A stretch of DNA of 64,000 nt from an uncultured Pseudomonadota bacterium (GCA_963836235.1 CAWIIP010000001.1:416001-480000), one strand, 5' to 3'; shown: positions 49,388 to 60,557, numbered from the stretch's first letter. A program made the numbers and translations. Notes: generated from the letters alone by a model not told the origin.

Positions 49388-50319
49388 TTTTTCCCTCTTT
49401 TACCCATAAGCGTCACCAGCAGGGCCTTTTGGGCATGCAATCGGTTTTCGGCCTGGTCCCAAACCCTCGATTGTTTTCCATCCATCACTCCAGCGCTCAC
49501 TTCTTCCCCGCGGTGGGCGGGCAGGCAATGGAGAAAGATGGCTTTGGGTGACTCGGCCATAAGCTTTTCATTGATTTGAAACCCCCTGAAATCCTTCAAC
49601 CTTTTGGCGCTCTCGGCTTCCTGGCCCATGCTGGTCCAAACGTCGGTATAGACCACATCCGCCCCTTCGACCGACCCATGGACAAGATGAGTGACCTCCA
49701 TCCGGCATCCGTTCTTCTTCCCCTCCGTCCGGGCATAAGCCAGTATGGAATCGTTGGGCACATAGCCAGCAGGACAGACCAATTTAAAATGGATACCAGT
49801 CTTCGCCGAACCCACCATCAGGCTATGGGCGACATTATTGCCGTCCCCGATAAATACAATTTGAAGACCTTTCAGTTTCTTAAAATTCTCTTGGATGGTC
49901 TGTAAATCCGCGAGAGTTTGGCAAGGGTGATGGCCGTCGCTCAATCCATTGATCACAGGCACGGTTGCGTGTTTAGCTAACTCCTCGACCGTTTCCTGGG
50001 CGAAAGTCCGGATCATGATTCCCTGGACGAAACGCGAAAGAACCCGGGCCGTATCCGCCACGGTTTCGCTCTTGCCGAGGTGGAGATCCTGTTTGTTCAT
50101 GAAGAGGGCGTGTCCACCCAGTTGGACCATGCCAACCTCAAAGGAAACACGCGTCCGGGTGGAACTTTTCTCAAAAATCATGGCTAAAGATTGGCCTTTT
50201 AAGACATCAACGTATTTGGCGGGTGTTTTTTTGATCTTGGCGGCCAAAACCAGAAGTTGCGCGACTTCATCCGAGGAAAATTCCATTAACGTCAATAAAT
50301 GTTTTGGAGAAGTGGACAT
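49384..50319 (-). CDS. argF: Ornithine carbamoyltransferase
   Basis: STRTR, HPCQ, SMG, HCLP. Confidence 0.97.
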   Translation of the reverse strand: MSTSPKHLLTLMEFSSDEVAQLLVLAAKIKKTPAKYVDVLKGQSLAMIFEKSSTRTRVSFEVGMVQLGGHALFMNKQDLHLGKSETVADTARVLSRFVQGIMIRTFAQETVEELAKHATVPVINGLSDGHHPCQTLADLQTIQENFKKLKGLQIVFIGDGNNVAHSLMVGSAKTGIHFKLVCPAGYVPNDSILAYARTEGKKNGCRMEVTHLVHGSVEGADVVYTDVWTSMGQEAESAKRLKDFRGFQINEKLMAESPKAIFLHCLPAHRGEEVSAGVMDGKQSRVWDQAENRLHAQKALLVTLMGKRGKK

Positions 50320-50329
50320 AGGAGTTTCC

Positions 50330-51532
50330 TTAAGCTGACTTCAGCTCGTCGGCGATGGCTTTTTCCAGCTTATTCAAAGCTTGGTCGATATCCTGTGAGG
50401 TAATAATAAGGGGCGGAAGAAACCGCAGGACATTCTCATGGGCGGAGCCCACCAACAAACCCTGCTTGGCGCAATGGGAAACCATCGGTGCCGCCTTTCG
50501 GGTCATTTCCAAGCCAAGCACCAAACCAATTCCCCTGACTTCGGTAAAAAGTTGCGGGTATTCCCGCAGGATGTCATTTAATCCCTCTTTTAACTTCTCT
50601 CCCATTTTCGCGGCATGGGCCACCAAGTCTTTCATGAGGATGGCCTCAATGGTGGCGATAGACGCGGCGCTCACGATGGGATTACCGCCAAAAGTGGAAG
50701 CATGGTCGCCGGGCTGAAAACCATGACCGACCTGATTGGTGACCAAAAGCGCCCCCATCGGAAGGCCACCGCCCAATGCCTTTGCCGAGACCATCATGTC
50801 AGGCTCAATGCCGTAATGCTCATAGGCCCACATTTTGCCGGTTCGGCCCAATCCTGTTTGGACTTCGTCCAGGATCAGAAGAATTCCTTTTTCCCGGGTT
50901 AAGTCCCGCAATTCCTTTAAGAACTTGGGGTCGGCGGGCTGGATACCACCCTCGCATTGAATGGGTTCAATGAGAACCGCCGCCGTCTTATCGTTGATTA
51001 ACCCTTTGACGCTTTCGATATTATTGAAAGTAGCGAATTTGATGCCCGGTAAAAGCGGTTCCAAGCCTTCCTGGTACTTCATCTGGCCGGTAACCGATAT
51101 GGACCCATAGGTCCTTCCATGGAAGGAGTGGTAAAAGCTGATGATCTCGAATTTGTCTTTTCCCTGCTGCCGGAAATGTTTCCGGGACAGTTTAAGGGCG
51201 GCCTCGACAGCTTCCGTGCCCGAGTTGCAGAAAAAGATTTTTTGAGCGAAGGAAATCTCGCACAGCAATTTCGCTAACTTAACGTTCGGCTCGTTGTAAT
51301 AAACGTTGGAAACATGCCCCAGCTTTTTGGCTTCTTCGATGATCGCATTGACTACTTCCGGATAGGCCTGCCCCAGGCCGTTGACGGCTATCCCGGAAAA
51401 AAAATCCAGGTAAACCATCCTCTCCGAATCATAAACATGCACCCCTTCCCCGCGCATGAGGACGATCTTTTGCCGGTTATAGACCGGCAGGAGATAGTCA
51501 TCGCCATTCTGGATAATTTGGAAGGTTTCCAT
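50330..51532 (-). CDS. argD: Acetylornithine aminotransferase
   Basis: [35 protein letters not shown]; arg operon. Confidence 0.92.
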   Translation of the reverse strand: METFQIIQNGDDYLLPVYNRQKIVLMRGEGVHVYDSERMVYLDFFSGIAVNGLGQAYPEVVNAIIEEAKKLGHVSNVYYNEPNVKLAKLLCEISFAQKIFFCNSGTEAVEAALKLSRKHFRQQGKDKFEIISFYHSFHGRTYGSISVTGQMKYQEGLEPLLPGIKFATFNNIESVKGLINDKTAAVLIEPIQCEGGIQPADPKFLKELRDLTREKGILLILDEVQTGLGRTGKMWAYEHYGIEPDMMVSAKALGGGLPMGALLVTNQVGHGFQPGDHASTFGGNPIVSAASIATIEAILMKDLVAHAAKMGEKLKEGLNDILREYPQLFTEVRGIGLVLGLEMTRKAAPMVSHCAKQGLLVGSAHENVLRFLPPLIITSQDIDQALNKLEKAIADELKSA

Positions 51533-51550
51533 GATCTTTGTCCTCGCTCA

Positions 51551-51629
51551 AAATGAAAAAGCCCCCGTGAGCCTTTCGCTTACGGGGACTTATGGATGGC
51601 ATCTTAATGTTAAAGGAATGGGCTGTCAA
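51551..51629 (-). promoter_or_regulatory. Candidate argD promoter followed by a terminator-like hairpin
   Basis: TTGACA-17-TAAGAT, then CCCCGTAAGC-gaaa-GGCTCACGGGG and TTTTT about 20 nt before the ATG. Confidence 0.5.
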
Positions 51630-51648
51630 CCAGCCCCCTTTTACGCTT

Positions 51649-52794
51649 TTAAACCCGGATGGAAGGTTCGGTCAACTTCTCGAATTCCTCGATCGCATAG
51701 CGATCCGTCATGCCGGCGATGTAATCGCAAATGATTCGTTTAATGGGTTCAGCCTTGTTTTTGATCTTTTCACGAGTGTTCGTCGGCAGGATCGTTGGGT
51801 CGGCTTCATAAAGCTTAAACAGCTCCTGGATCACCTTAGCCGACTTCCCCTCCATCCGGGTGACCCGGTGATGGCGGTACATATTCTGAAAAAGATACTT
51901 TTTCATATCCAGGAACTGCTGGCGGAATTCATTTGAAAAGGACGTCAATTCCTCCGGACATTTACGGACATCCTCGACGGATTGAACCCCAAATTTCTCT
52001 ATTCGTTTTACCGTCTCATCCAGTAAATCCGTTACCTGTTCATCGATCAAAAACCTCACGGTTTGATATTTAATTTTATCTTTACTCAGTTGAGGATGCT
52101 TCGATTTAACTTTTTCCATATTACGCTTCCAAAGCGGAACTTCACTGAGCCCCTCAAAATCCAGGAGTCCGGAAGTGAGTCCGTCATCAATATCATGGGA
52201 GGTATAAGCAATCTCATCGGCCAAATCAACGATTTGGGCCTCCAAGGTATATTGCTCCCCGGCCCCACCCGGACGGTCATAACGCGTGCGATGTTTGTCC
52301 ACTCCTTCCAAAACTTCGTAGGTCAGGTTCAAACCCCGAAAATCAGGGTAACGGTCCTCCAAGTGAGTGACGATGCGGTAGCTTTGGGCATTGTGCTCGA
52401 AGCCGCCATCATTTTTCATGATTTCGTTGAGGACTTTTTCCCCAGAATGGCCGAAAGGGGTATGGCCCAGGTCATGGGCTAAAGCGATGGCCTCTGTCAG
52501 GTCCTGGTTTAAGCCCAGGCTTCTCGCTATGGAACGGGCGATCTGGGCAACTTCCATCGTGTGGGTGATACGGGTGCGGTAATAATCGCCCTCATGATTA
52601 ACAAAGACTTGGGTTTTATATTGGAGACGGCGAAAGGCCGAGGAATGAATGACCCGATCCCGGTCCCTTTGAAAAGCCGTCCGATAAGGATGTTCGGTCT
52701 CCGAATGTTGACGGCCCTTGCTTTGGCCGCACGTTTGACCATAAGAAGTGAGGCTTTGTTCTTCTAGTTTTTCGAGTTCTTCCCTGGTTTTCAT
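51649..52794 (-). CDS. dgt: Deoxyguanosinetriphosphate triphosphohydrolase
   Basis: FQRDRDR, KTQVF, AHDLGHTPFGHSGE, DYIAGMTD. Confidence 0.95.
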   Translation of the reverse strand: MKTREELEKLEEQSLTSYGQTCGQSKGRQHSETEHPYRTAFQRDRDRVIHSSAFRRLQYKTQVFVNHEGDYYRTRITHTMEVAQIARSIARSLGLNQDLTEAIALAHDLGHTPFGHSGEKVLNEIMKNDGGFEHNAQSYRIVTHLEDRYPDFRGLNLTYEVLEGVDKHRTRYDRPGGAGEQYTLEAQIVDLADEIAYTSHDIDDGLTSGLLDFEGLSEVPLWKRNMEKVKSKHPQLSKDKIKYQTVRFLIDEQVTDLLDETVKRIEKFGVQSVEDVRKCPEELTSFSNEFRQQFLDMKKYLFQNMYRHHRVTRMEGKSAKVIQELFKLYEADPTILPTNTREKIKNKAEPIKRIICDYIAGMTDRYAIEEFEKLTEPSIRV

Positions 52795-52999
52795 TGCTTT
52801 TTTGCCTTTAAGAACGGAAGGGTAGAATGCCGGATTAAATACTTTAAACCTATATGACGGAAATTTAGATTAAAACGGGGAACCATTCCAGTGGAAGTTA
52901 AGGTGAATTTAAAATTTTTTACTTAAATATCTTATTGTTTTAAACTGGTCGCCCACGCGCGAACCGAATGGTTGAGAAATGCTTTAGAATTCTAAAAAT

Positions 53000-53075
53000 T
53001 GGTGGAGGCGATGGGGATCGAACCCACGACCCCTTCCATGCCATGGAAGTGCTCTCCCAGCTGAGCTACGCCCCC
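53000..53075 (-). tRNA. tRNA-Ala(GGC)
   Basis: Cloverleaf; anticodon arm CTTCC-ATGGCAT-GGAAG; CCA encoded. Confidence 0.95.
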
Positions 53076-53162
53076 AACTTTTGAAAACCCCGGCTTGAAA
53101 CCGAGGAGCAATTTTAATCAAAACCCCTAAAAAAACAAGCCAATCAATCGGTTTGGTTGAAA

Positions 53163-53239
53163 TGGTGGGCGAAACAGGATTTGAACCTGTGACCCCCTGC
53201 GTGTAAAGCAGGTGCTCTAACCAGCTGAGCTATTCGCCC
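53163..53239 (-). tRNA. tRNA-Val(TAC)
   Basis: Anticodon arm CCTGC-TTTACAC-GCAGG; CCA encoded. Confidence 0.95.
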
Positions 53240-53254
53240 AAATACCCCATCTAC

Positions 53255-53292
53255 AAAAAAGAAACCCTAGCCGTTAAAACGGCTAGGGTTTA
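53255..53292 (-). terminator. Terminator-like hairpin (probably the original spoVS terminator)
   Basis: AAACCCTAGCCGTT-aa-AACGGCTAGGGTTT with T tract on the minus strand. Confidence 0.6.
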
Positions 53293-53310
53293 AAAATTTT
53301 TATTTGAGTC

Positions 53311-54362
53311 CCCCAGTTCAATAGCGAAGTGCAACACTTAGCCCCGGCAGAATCCGGGGGTTATCCTAAGTTTTATGAAACAATCCTACAAGCACCTGTC
53401 GTTGGCCGAACGTGAAGAAATCGCAGTTTGGAAGGCAGAAGGCCTCTCCATACGAGAAATCGCCCGACGCCTCGAACGTGATGTGTCCAGTGTTTCCCGA
53501 GAGTTGAAGCGTAACGCACCACCTTTACGTCCTGGCCGTTATCTACCAGCTCGGGCTCACCTGCGATCTACCCAGCGTAACCAACTCTCTCGGACCCATC
53601 TGCGTCTCAAAAAACCAGGGATCCGACAACATGTTTTGCGTAAGCTTCATCAGGGGTTTTCTCCCGAACAAATTGCTGGTCAGCTTCGCCTTGAGAACTC
53701 CAAACTATTCATTTCCCACGAGGCCGTCTACCAGTTCATTTATTCCGAAGCCCGAAACCTCATCCCTCTCTTGGCTCGTTCCCATCGAAAGCGGCTTCGC
53801 CGATGGCATTCGCACAAACATCGAAAAAGCCATATTCCAGAACGAACTCCGATCACTCAACGACCCGCCATCGTGCAGACGCGGCGTCAATTTGGTCACT
53901 GGGAAGCGGACACCATCATCTCCAGAAAAAGTAAAGCCTCCCTTTTGGTGATGGTCGAACGAAAAAGCCGCCTCGTGAAACTCGCCTGGTTGCCTCAAAA
54001 GTCCGCTTCGAAAACACGAGCAGCTATCAATCGACGGCTCACCCTCTTTCCGAAGGGGTTACGCCGGACCATTACTTACGACAACGGCTCTGAAAACATC
54101 GAGCATCTTCAAGTTAACAATCTCTTAGGAACCCGTTCCTTTTTCTGTCTTCCTTTCCACAGTTGGGAAAAGGGAACCGTCGAAAACACTAATGGTTTGG
54201 TGCGGCGCTTCTATCCAAAGAAAACCGATTTTGCTACCATAACTCCAGCGAACGTGCGACGTGTGGAGCGGGCTCTCAACAGCCGTCCACGCAAGTGCCT
54301 TCGCTTCAAAACGCCGGAGCAGGTCTTTCGTCTAGGTGTTGCACTTACTGGTTGAATTCAGC
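53311..54362 (+). mobile_element. IS30-family insertion sequence
   Basis: IR core TTCAA-N5-AAGTGCAACAC at both ends; candidate 3-bp TSD GTC (53308-53310, 54363-54365). Confidence 0.88.
53375..54355 (+). CDS. IS30-family transposase
   Basis: YKHLSLAER HTH, GHWEADT, TITYDNGSE, WEKGTVENTNGL, RPRKCL. Confidence 0.96.
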   Translation: MKQSYKHLSLAEREEIAVWKAEGLSIREIARRLERDVSSVSRELKRNAPPLRPGRYLPARAHLRSTQRNQLSRTHLRLKKPGIRQHVLRKLHQGFSPEQIAGQLRLENSKLFISHEAVYQFIYSEARNLIPLLARSHRKRLRRWHSHKHRKSHIPERTPITQRPAIVQTRRQFGHWEADTIISRKSKASLLVMVERKSRLVKLAWLPQKSASKTRAAINRRLTLFPKGLRRTITYDNGSENIEHLQVNNLLGTRSFFCLPFHSWEKGTVENTNGLVRRFYPKKTDFATITPANVRRVERALNSRPRKCLRFKTPEQVFRLGVALTG

Positions 54363-54366
54363 GTCG

Positions 54367-54681
54367 TTATTTTTGGATTTTCTCGATGTTTAAAAAAAAC
54401 TTAATCGCGCTTTTCTTTTCACCATCAATCGTTAAGTGGATGAATTCAGGTTTAAAGTTCGCATCCATGCCGTCGCCTTTTAAAAAACCACGGGCAATAG
54501 CAATGGCCTTTACGGTGTTATTAATGCTTTCCGGTCCCATTGCCACGATTTCAACGCTTTTTCCATCTCTCACGTTGTTGGCAATGGCTCCAGCCACGGT
54601 GGAGGGATTACTTTTTGCGGCGACTTTGAGCGTCATTATCCCAACCAAGCGCGGCTCCTTCTTCCCCCGCTCCTCAACCAC
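54367..54681 (-). CDS. spoVS: SpoVS family protein (alternative start 54636)
   Basis: LKVAAKSNPSTVAGAIA, VKAIAIARGFL, PEF, SAIKF. Confidence 0.88.
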   Translation of the reverse strand: MVEERGKKEPRLVGIMTLKVAAKSNPSTVAGAIANNVRDGKSVEIVAMGPESINNTVKAIAIARGFLKGDGMDANFKPEFIHLTIDGEKKSAIKFFLNIEKIQK

Positions 54682-54738
54682 ATCACCCGGATTTTTATAT
54701 CACGGGCCTTCGGGGCTGTCAATCAAGCCCCTCTTCAC

Positions 54739-57078
54739 TCATCCCAGAATGACTTCAACTTCATTCAATTTCTGTGAGCGTTGAGCAGGAATTGTATTTC
54801 CAGAAATTTTCTTTCCGTTAACTAGGACTGATGATACACCTTTACTGACATGATGTGGATTTTTAACGACGATATGGAAAGTAGAACCACGGAATTTTCG
54901 TGTCACCTCATACCTGCCCCAATCCTTGGGGATACAGGGGTCAACCATCAACCCGGAGTAGGTTGGCCTAATGCCCAAGATATACTGGGTTGCGGCGACG
55001 AAATTCCAACTAGCAGCGCCCGTTAACCAAGAATTACGTGCAAAACCGAAATCTCTGTGTTCGCGTGAGGCGATGGCCTGGGCATAAATATAGGGTTCAG
55101 CTCGATGAATCTCTTGAATTTGATCTTTCGTGGTTGGTAGCAATTGCTTGTAATATTTCATAGCGATTTCGGCCCGTCCGAGAATCGTTTCTGCAATGAC
55201 AGCCCATGGATTAGCATGGGAAAAAATTCCGCCGTTTTCCTTGAGCCCGGGAGGAAAAGTGCTAACCCCGCCCAATCGTGAGCTGAAATGTTTAAACCCT
55301 GGAAACATCAAAGCAACACCATATTTGGAATCCAAATGTTCTTTGACCCCATCCATGCAAACGGGCCCTCGTTTGGAATCGGCAACACCTGATATAACTG
55401 CCCAAGTTTGTGTGTTCAAGTATATTTTTCCATCAACCTGTTTACGGGATCCCAACATTGTTCCCCATCCGTCAAAAGCCATGGCATACCAGCCGCCATC
55501 CCAACAAACCTTGTTTGTTCGGGTGGCCATGTCATCTGCAATATGGCGATATTTTTTAGCATCGGCGGTCTTTCCAAGGGTCTCGGCCAACTCGGAAAAG
55601 TCCCGGGCGCATTTTACAAGGAATTCGGCTACCCATACGCTTTCCCCTGGTTTTGGTCCGTTAATATGCAAAGTGTCGTTCCAATCGGCAAAACCCATAC
55701 AAGGAATCTTATGGGCTCCGACATTTTTGTACGTATAGTCCAGAGGCGCCTTCAAATGTTCATACATAGTGGCTGTTCCTCCGTCGGCCCACTTTACTTT
55801 TTCATTGAGGAACTTGAAGTCACCCGTTTCTTTAACGTATGCGGTCGTTGAAAGAATGATCCAAAGTGGGTCATCCGAATAACCCTTGCCGTCACCTTCA
55901 CCTGTCAATCGGAAAAATTGATGGTAAGCAGTCCCATCCTTAAACATGTTTTTAGCCAAATCCGTTATAAGTTTTTTGACCTTACCAGGAACACTGTGAA
56001 TGACACTAAGTACATCCTGGTTGCTGTCCCTAAAACCCATCCCACGACCTATGCCACCCTCATAAATCGAGGGGCCACGGGACATGCTAAAAGTTGTGTG
56101 AACCTGGTAGGCGTTCCATTGATTCAGACAAAGATTAACATCGTTGTCTGGAGTTTTGACTTGAAGGGAACCTAATTTCTCTTCCCAATGTGATTTTAAG
56201 TCTTTCATAACCCTATCGACCGCCCCGGGTTTACGGTAGGTAGCAATAAGTTTAGCTCCGGCAGCAATTGAAGGAGCCACACCCAAAATGTAAGTAACCG
56301 ATTTGGTTTCACCGGGTTTTAAGGTTACCGGAATGGTGGTCGCGGCGACTGGATTTCCGCCGTCGGCCGTTGAACCGGAGCATTTCCCATTCAGGACAGC
56401 CTTTGGATTGGCTTCCGAATGGTACAATCCCATGAAAGCTTCACGATCACAGTCGAAGGACGTAATCTTTTTATCCGCAGTGAAAAAAGCATAGTGACCA
56501 GCGTTTTCAATCATGGTTGTGTGATGAATGACGCCACCTTTTTCATAAGCCTTAGCGATGTTATAGGTGTATTGGAAATTGATCATGTCGTTTTGTGCGA
56601 AGAAAAGGCACAATTCTGCGTAGGAAATCAAAGTTAGGGTTTTAGTCGTGGAAGTGCGGTTTGTTAAGGTAATGTTCCACAATTCTAAATTATCTTTGAC
56701 TGGGACCACATAAAGCGTGTCGGAAGTAATTCCCCGGTAAGTGGAAGTAACCCGAGTGTAACCAAAACCATGCCGAGTCTCGGTTTTATATTCAGAAAGT
56801 TCTTTTAATACGGGTTGCCAGGTGGCAGACCAAAAGTCTTTTGTTTTTTCATCTCGAATGTAGATATAACGCCCGGGTCGATCCATAGGAATGTTATTAA
56901 GGCGATATCTCAAAATGCGTTTGTCACGAGCTGAAAGATGGAAGCTATATCCTCCGCCGTTATTTGAAATTAGCGCACAGTACTCATCATTATGAAGATA
57001 ATTCATCCATGGCACCGGCGTGTCTGGCCGTTCGATAACATATTCCTTGTTTTCAACGTCGAAATAACCGTAACGCAT
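54739..57078 (-). CDS. GH94 glycoside phosphorylase (cellobiose/chitobiose phosphorylase-like)
   Basis: YGYFD..EYVI.RPDTP.PW.NYL, GRGMGFRDSNQD, DWNDT, ENGGIFSH, WLTG. Confidence 0.92.
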   Translation of the reverse strand: MRYGYFDVENKEYVIERPDTPVPWMNYLHNDEYCALISNNGGGYSFHLSARDKRILRYRLNNIPMDRPGRYIYIRDEKTKDFWSATWQPVLKELSEYKTETRHGFGYTRVTSTYRGITSDTLYVVPVKDNLELWNITLTNRTSTTKTLTLISYAELCLFFAQNDMINFQYTYNIAKAYEKGGVIHHTTMIENAGHYAFFTADKKITSFDCDREAFMGLYHSEANPKAVLNGKCSGSTADGGNPVAATTIPVTLKPGETKSVTYILGVAPSIAAGAKLIATYRKPGAVDRVMKDLKSHWEEKLGSLQVKTPDNDVNLCLNQWNAYQVHTTFSMSRGPSIYEGGIGRGMGFRDSNQDVLSVIHSVPGKVKKLITDLAKNMFKDGTAYHQFFRLTGEGDGKGYSDDPLWIILSTTAYVKETGDFKFLNEKVKWADGGTATMYEHLKAPLDYTYKNVGAHKIPCMGFADWNDTLHINGPKPGESVWVAEFLVKCARDFSELAETLGKTADAKKYRHIADDMATRTNKVCWDGGWYAMAFDGWGTMLGSRKQVDGKIYLNTQTWAVISGVADSKRGPVCMDGVKEHLDSKYGVALMFPGFKHFSSRLGGVSTFPPGLKENGGIFSHANPWAVIAETILGRAEIAMKYYKQLLPTTKDQIQEIHRAEPYIYAQAIASREHRDFGFARNSWLTGAASWNFVAATQYILGIRPTYSGLMVDPCIPKDWGRYEVTRKFRGSTFHIVVKNPHHVSKGVSSVLVNGKKISGNTIPAQRSQKLNEVEVILG

Positions 57079-57164
57079 AATTCCCCTTTGTCCCATGGAA
57101 TTTCGGCTTGGGTTTGATTTATCGAAACCAACAAAATTCTAGCTCAGCAAATCATATTAAATAA

Positions 57165-57240
<76 letters not shown>

Positions 57241-57293
57241 GTTAGATTACTAAAAACAAATTACATCGACTTGTCGCTTAAACATCCAGTAAA

Positions 57294-57370
57294 TGGTACG
57301 CCTGAGAGGGCTCGAACCTCTGACCTACAGATCCGGAATCTGTCGCTCTATCCAACTGAGCTACAGGCGC
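57294..57370 (-). tRNA. tRNA-Arg(CCG)
   Basis: Anticodon arm ACAGA-TTCCGGA-TCTGT; CCA encoded. Confidence 0.95.
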
Positions 57371-57482
57371 ATTCGCCATCCATACGATCAAATAAAGCTA
57401 GGTCCTGCCTCTCGGTTCACCACACAGCATATGAATAATGAAGTTCTCTCTTGCCAGCATAGTTTTTATTCACTATGACAAA

Positions 57483-57560
57483 TGGGGTGAGAGACGGGAA
57501 TCGAACCCGCAACCCCCAGATCCACAATCTGGTGCTCTAACCGATTGAGCTACTCCCACC
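57483..57560 (-). tRNA. tRNA-His(GTG)
   Basis: Anticodon arm CCAGA-TTGTGGA-TCTGG; G-1 and C73; CCA encoded. Confidence 0.95.
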
Positions 57561-57757
57561 ATATTCTTTCACACCGCCAGATCATCACAGGGGCAACTTT
57601 TCATCCGAAAAATATAATTTAAAAATATTTTGGGCGAAAAGCCCTAAAAGTGTAAAAGTCTGGTAGAAAAATGTAAAGGTTTTATTTGAGTTTTTAACCA
57701 AAATTGAAAGGCTTTAGTGGTTTTTGCCAGGGACAATTTCGTGGCAAGAACAATTAA

Positions 57758-57834
<77 letters not shown>

Positions 57835-57945
57835 CCTATGGTTCAATGGAGCGCCTATTAACCCGCCCCAGGAAAACAATTCTTAACCAATTCATTTCCG
57901 TGCTTTTGTTCTTGACGTAATCGATCAATCGTCCGGTGTCATCAG

Positions 57946-58017
57946 TCGGGGCGGTGAGATTCGAACTCACGGCCCCTTGGTCCCAAACCAAGTGCGCTAC
58001 CGCTGCGCTACGCCCCG
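57946..58017 (-). tRNA. tRNA-Pro(TGG), CCA not encoded
   Basis: CGGGGCG acceptor stem; anticodon arm CTTGG-TTTGGGA-CCAAG. Confidence 0.92.
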
Positions 58018-58144
58018 ACTCATGACACCTTTATCATTTTAATTAACACAAAGCATATTCTTAACTTTTATCATTGCAAAAGCGAGCTGGAAAAAAGCAC
58101 TTTCCCGAATTAAAGCCACAGATTTTTGGATTAACCCTTCGTTT

Positions 58145-58738
58145 TTAAGCTCTTTTCATTAAAAGTTCTTTAGCTTTTTGGATAGCTCTTCCCCGATGAC
58201 TAATTTTATTTTTTTCAACGAGTGTCATTTCAGCAAACACTTTAGTGCATCCCAAAGGCAAAAAAACAGGATCATAACCAAAACCTTCACTTCCAATTGC
58301 CTTTAACGTAATGGAACCCTCTACTTCCCCTAATACCTGTTCCTTTTCGGCGGGATGGTGAAAGATAGTGATAATAGTTCGAAAAAAAGCCCTTCTCTGA
58401 TTTTCTGGAACATCCTTGAGTGAGTTTAAAAGTTTATTTACATTATCTAAATAAGTGCAGTTTTCTCCGGCAAAACGAGCGGCATAAATTCCTGGTGCGC
58501 CCTGAAGGGCATCAACATATAAGCCTGTATCATCCGCCAAAGACGAAAATCCGGTAAATTCCGCAATTTCTCTCGCCTTCTTAAGGGAATTCTCTTCGAG
58601 AGTCTGTCCATTCTCTATCACATCAGGAACGCCTGGAAAATCATATGCCGGAATAATCTCCCAACCAATTCCGGCGAGCGCCGCCTTCATTTCAACAAAT
58701 TTGCTTCGGTTATGTGTGGCAATAACTAATTTTTTCAT
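58145..58738 (-). CDS. rdgB: Non-canonical purine NTP pyrophosphatase (RdgB/HAM1)
   Basis: ATHN, ADDTGL, GFGYDP, SHRGRA; follows rph. Confidence 0.95.
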   Translation of the reverse strand: MKKLVIATHNRSKFVEMKAALAGIGWEIIPAYDFPGVPDVIENGQTLEENSLKKAREIAEFTGFSSLADDTGLYVDALQGAPGIYAARFAGENCTYLDNVNKLLNSLKDVPENQRRAFFRTIITIFHHPAEKEQVLGEVEGSITLKAIGSEGFGYDPVFLPLGCTKVFAEMTLVEKNKISHRGRAIQKAKELLMKRA

Positions 58739-59433
58739 TTTTTGAGGCTTGCTGTTTGCGCTCGCATGACTTGCTTAATCCCATTTTCGGCAAATTTCAA
58801 AAGAGTGTCCAATTGCTTGCGTGAAAAAGCCTCCTTTTCGGCCGTACCTTGTAATTCTACGAATCTACCTGAAGCAGTCATGACCACGTTAAAATCAACA
58901 TCCGCGTTCGAATCTTCCTCATAACACAAATCTAGAACAGGTTTCCCATTGACAATTCCAACACTAATGGCAGCAACGGACTCCCGAACAGGTGTTTGTG
59001 TAATTATTTTTTTCTTTTCAAGAACCGTCAAAGCGTCTATCAAAGCCACATATGCACCATTAATCGAAGCTGTCCGGGTTCCGCCATCGGCTTGTATCAC
59101 ATCACAATCCAATATTATCTGTCTTTCCCCTAGGACTTTCAGATCAATTATGGCCCTCAGAGATCTTCCAATAAGCCTTTGGATTTCATGTGTTCGCCCA
59201 TTAATTTTCCCTTTGACTGCGTCCCGCTGAGTTCTTTCGAATGTACTTCGCGGAAGCATAGAATATTCAGCGGTTACCCATCCCTTGCCTTTTCCCTTCA
59301 AAAAAGACGGGACTTCCTCTGAAACAGAGGCCGTGCAAAGAACTTTTGTGTTTCCCATAGATGCCAGGACCGAACCTTCAGCATATTTTGTGAAAGCACG
59401 GATAAATTCAATTGGTCTTATTTTTTCTGACAT
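58735..59433 (-). CDS. rph: Ribonuclease PH
   Basis: [38 protein letters not shown]. Confidence 0.97.
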   Translation of the reverse strand: MSEKIRPIEFIRAFTKYAEGSVLASMGNTKVLCTASVSEEVPSFLKGKGKGWVTAEYSMLPRSTFERTQRDAVKGKINGRTHEIQRLIGRSLRAIIDLKVLGERQIILDCDVIQADGGTRTASINGAYVALIDALTVLEKKKIITQTPVRESVAAISVGIVNGKPVLDLCYEEDSNADVDFNVVMTASGRFVELQGTAEKEAFSRKQLDTLLKFAENGIKQVMRAQTASLKK

Positions 59434-59464
59434 TTGTTTTCTCCATATTGCTTTTGACAAAAGA

Positions 59465-59502
59465 AAAACCCTATCTTGCGGTCACAAACAAGATAGGGTT
59501 TG
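59465..59502 (-). terminator. Terminator-like hairpin upstream of rph
   Basis: AAACCCTATCTTG-loop-CAAGATAGGGTTT. Confidence 0.6.
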
Positions 59503-59624
59503 GGAAAAAATTGTCCTTATAAAAACGGTTGAATTTTATCTTTGGTTTTTTGTATTGTCAACTTTGGCCTACAAAAAGCTAAAAAATATTTTTAATGCCT
59601 ATTAGCATAATTTTCAACTTCCTA

Positions 59625-60557
59625 CTAAGTCGCGGCCACATACCCACTCAATCGTTTTAAAAGCGTCTCATCCTTGCCTTCGCTAACAGCTTTTTGTGTT
59701 TTTTCGCTTATCCACTGATACATATGCGCTCGAACCTTGTTCTTAAGTCCAGAACCCAGGCCTTTTTCGACCGCCTGAAGACGAAGCTTTAATAACCCCG
59801 ATAATGCGGCATCTACTACTTCGTCCGCCTTTTTTGGGTCAATAGTTTTTTTATTCTCAATTATTCTTTGGCCGTTCACCGAGCCATCTTCCAACAAATT
59901 TCCAGCCGAATCCCAATTAACGTTTCTTAATACCTCTGGAAATTTTCCACGGGCTAATTCGACAGTTCTTCCCAACATGGTTAGGGTTTTTTTATCCCCG
60001 ACTAGGTCTTTTAACTCATAAAAAATGATGTTTCTAAATTCGTCGTAGAGCATCAAAAATTCATGCTCGGCTTGTAGTTTACTCACTTCGGCAATATTTT
60101 GAGGGGACTCCAGAACCGGAGTTTCCACAGATGATATAGGCTCTTCCGCTTTTGAACCTTGTAGATTGTCAGGATTAGCTATCGCACCCATAAATGGCGG
60201 TACTATAGGAGCATTAAAATCAACCGGTGAATCGGTCGCGGCCGGCATTGTTTCAATAGCGCTTGGAGGTTTTTGAGCTAAGGTTCTTTTCAGATTTTCG
60301 GCTTCTTGGTTTGTCGGAGCAAGAGTCTCAATATATTTATTTTCCACTTCAAGGGTTTCGGCTTCCGGTTCTTGATTTCGCTGATCCATCCACTCTTGGA
60401 ATTGATTTTTCACATCAGGAAGAATTTTCGATGGCACTTGGGAAACCACAGAAGTCTGCTCAAGGGTAATATCGTCCAAAGTTTCAGAAGGACTCGGTAA
60501 ATCTCCTCCAAAGAGTTCAGAAATATTGATTTTTAACTCATCATCCGGCTTACGCAT
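59625..60557 (-). CDS. Hypothetical protein (acidic/Pro-rich N-terminal half, helical C-terminal domain)
   Basis: 310-aa ORF with RBS-like GAAGG; no recognised family. Confidence 0.65.
   Translation of the reverse strand: MRKPDDELKINISELFGGDLPSPSETLDDITLEQTSVVSQVPSKILPDVKNQFQEWMDQRNQEPEAETLEVENKYIETLAPTNQEAENLKRTLAQKPPSAIETMPAATDSPVDFNAPIVPPFMGAIANPDNLQGSKAEEPISSVETPVLESPQNIAEVSKLQAEHEFLMLYDEFRNIIFYELKDLVGDKKTLTMLGRTVELARGKFPEVLRNVNWDSAGNLLEDGSVNGQRIIENKKTIDPKKADEVVDAALSGLLKLRLQAVEKGLGSGLKNKVRAHMYQWISEKTQKAVSEGKDETLLKRLSGYVAAT

Noticed and set aside
21663-52767. Numerous plus-strand ORFs antisense to housekeeping genes
   Set aside because: Shadow ORFs from codon bias; they overlap confident genes and lack motifs.
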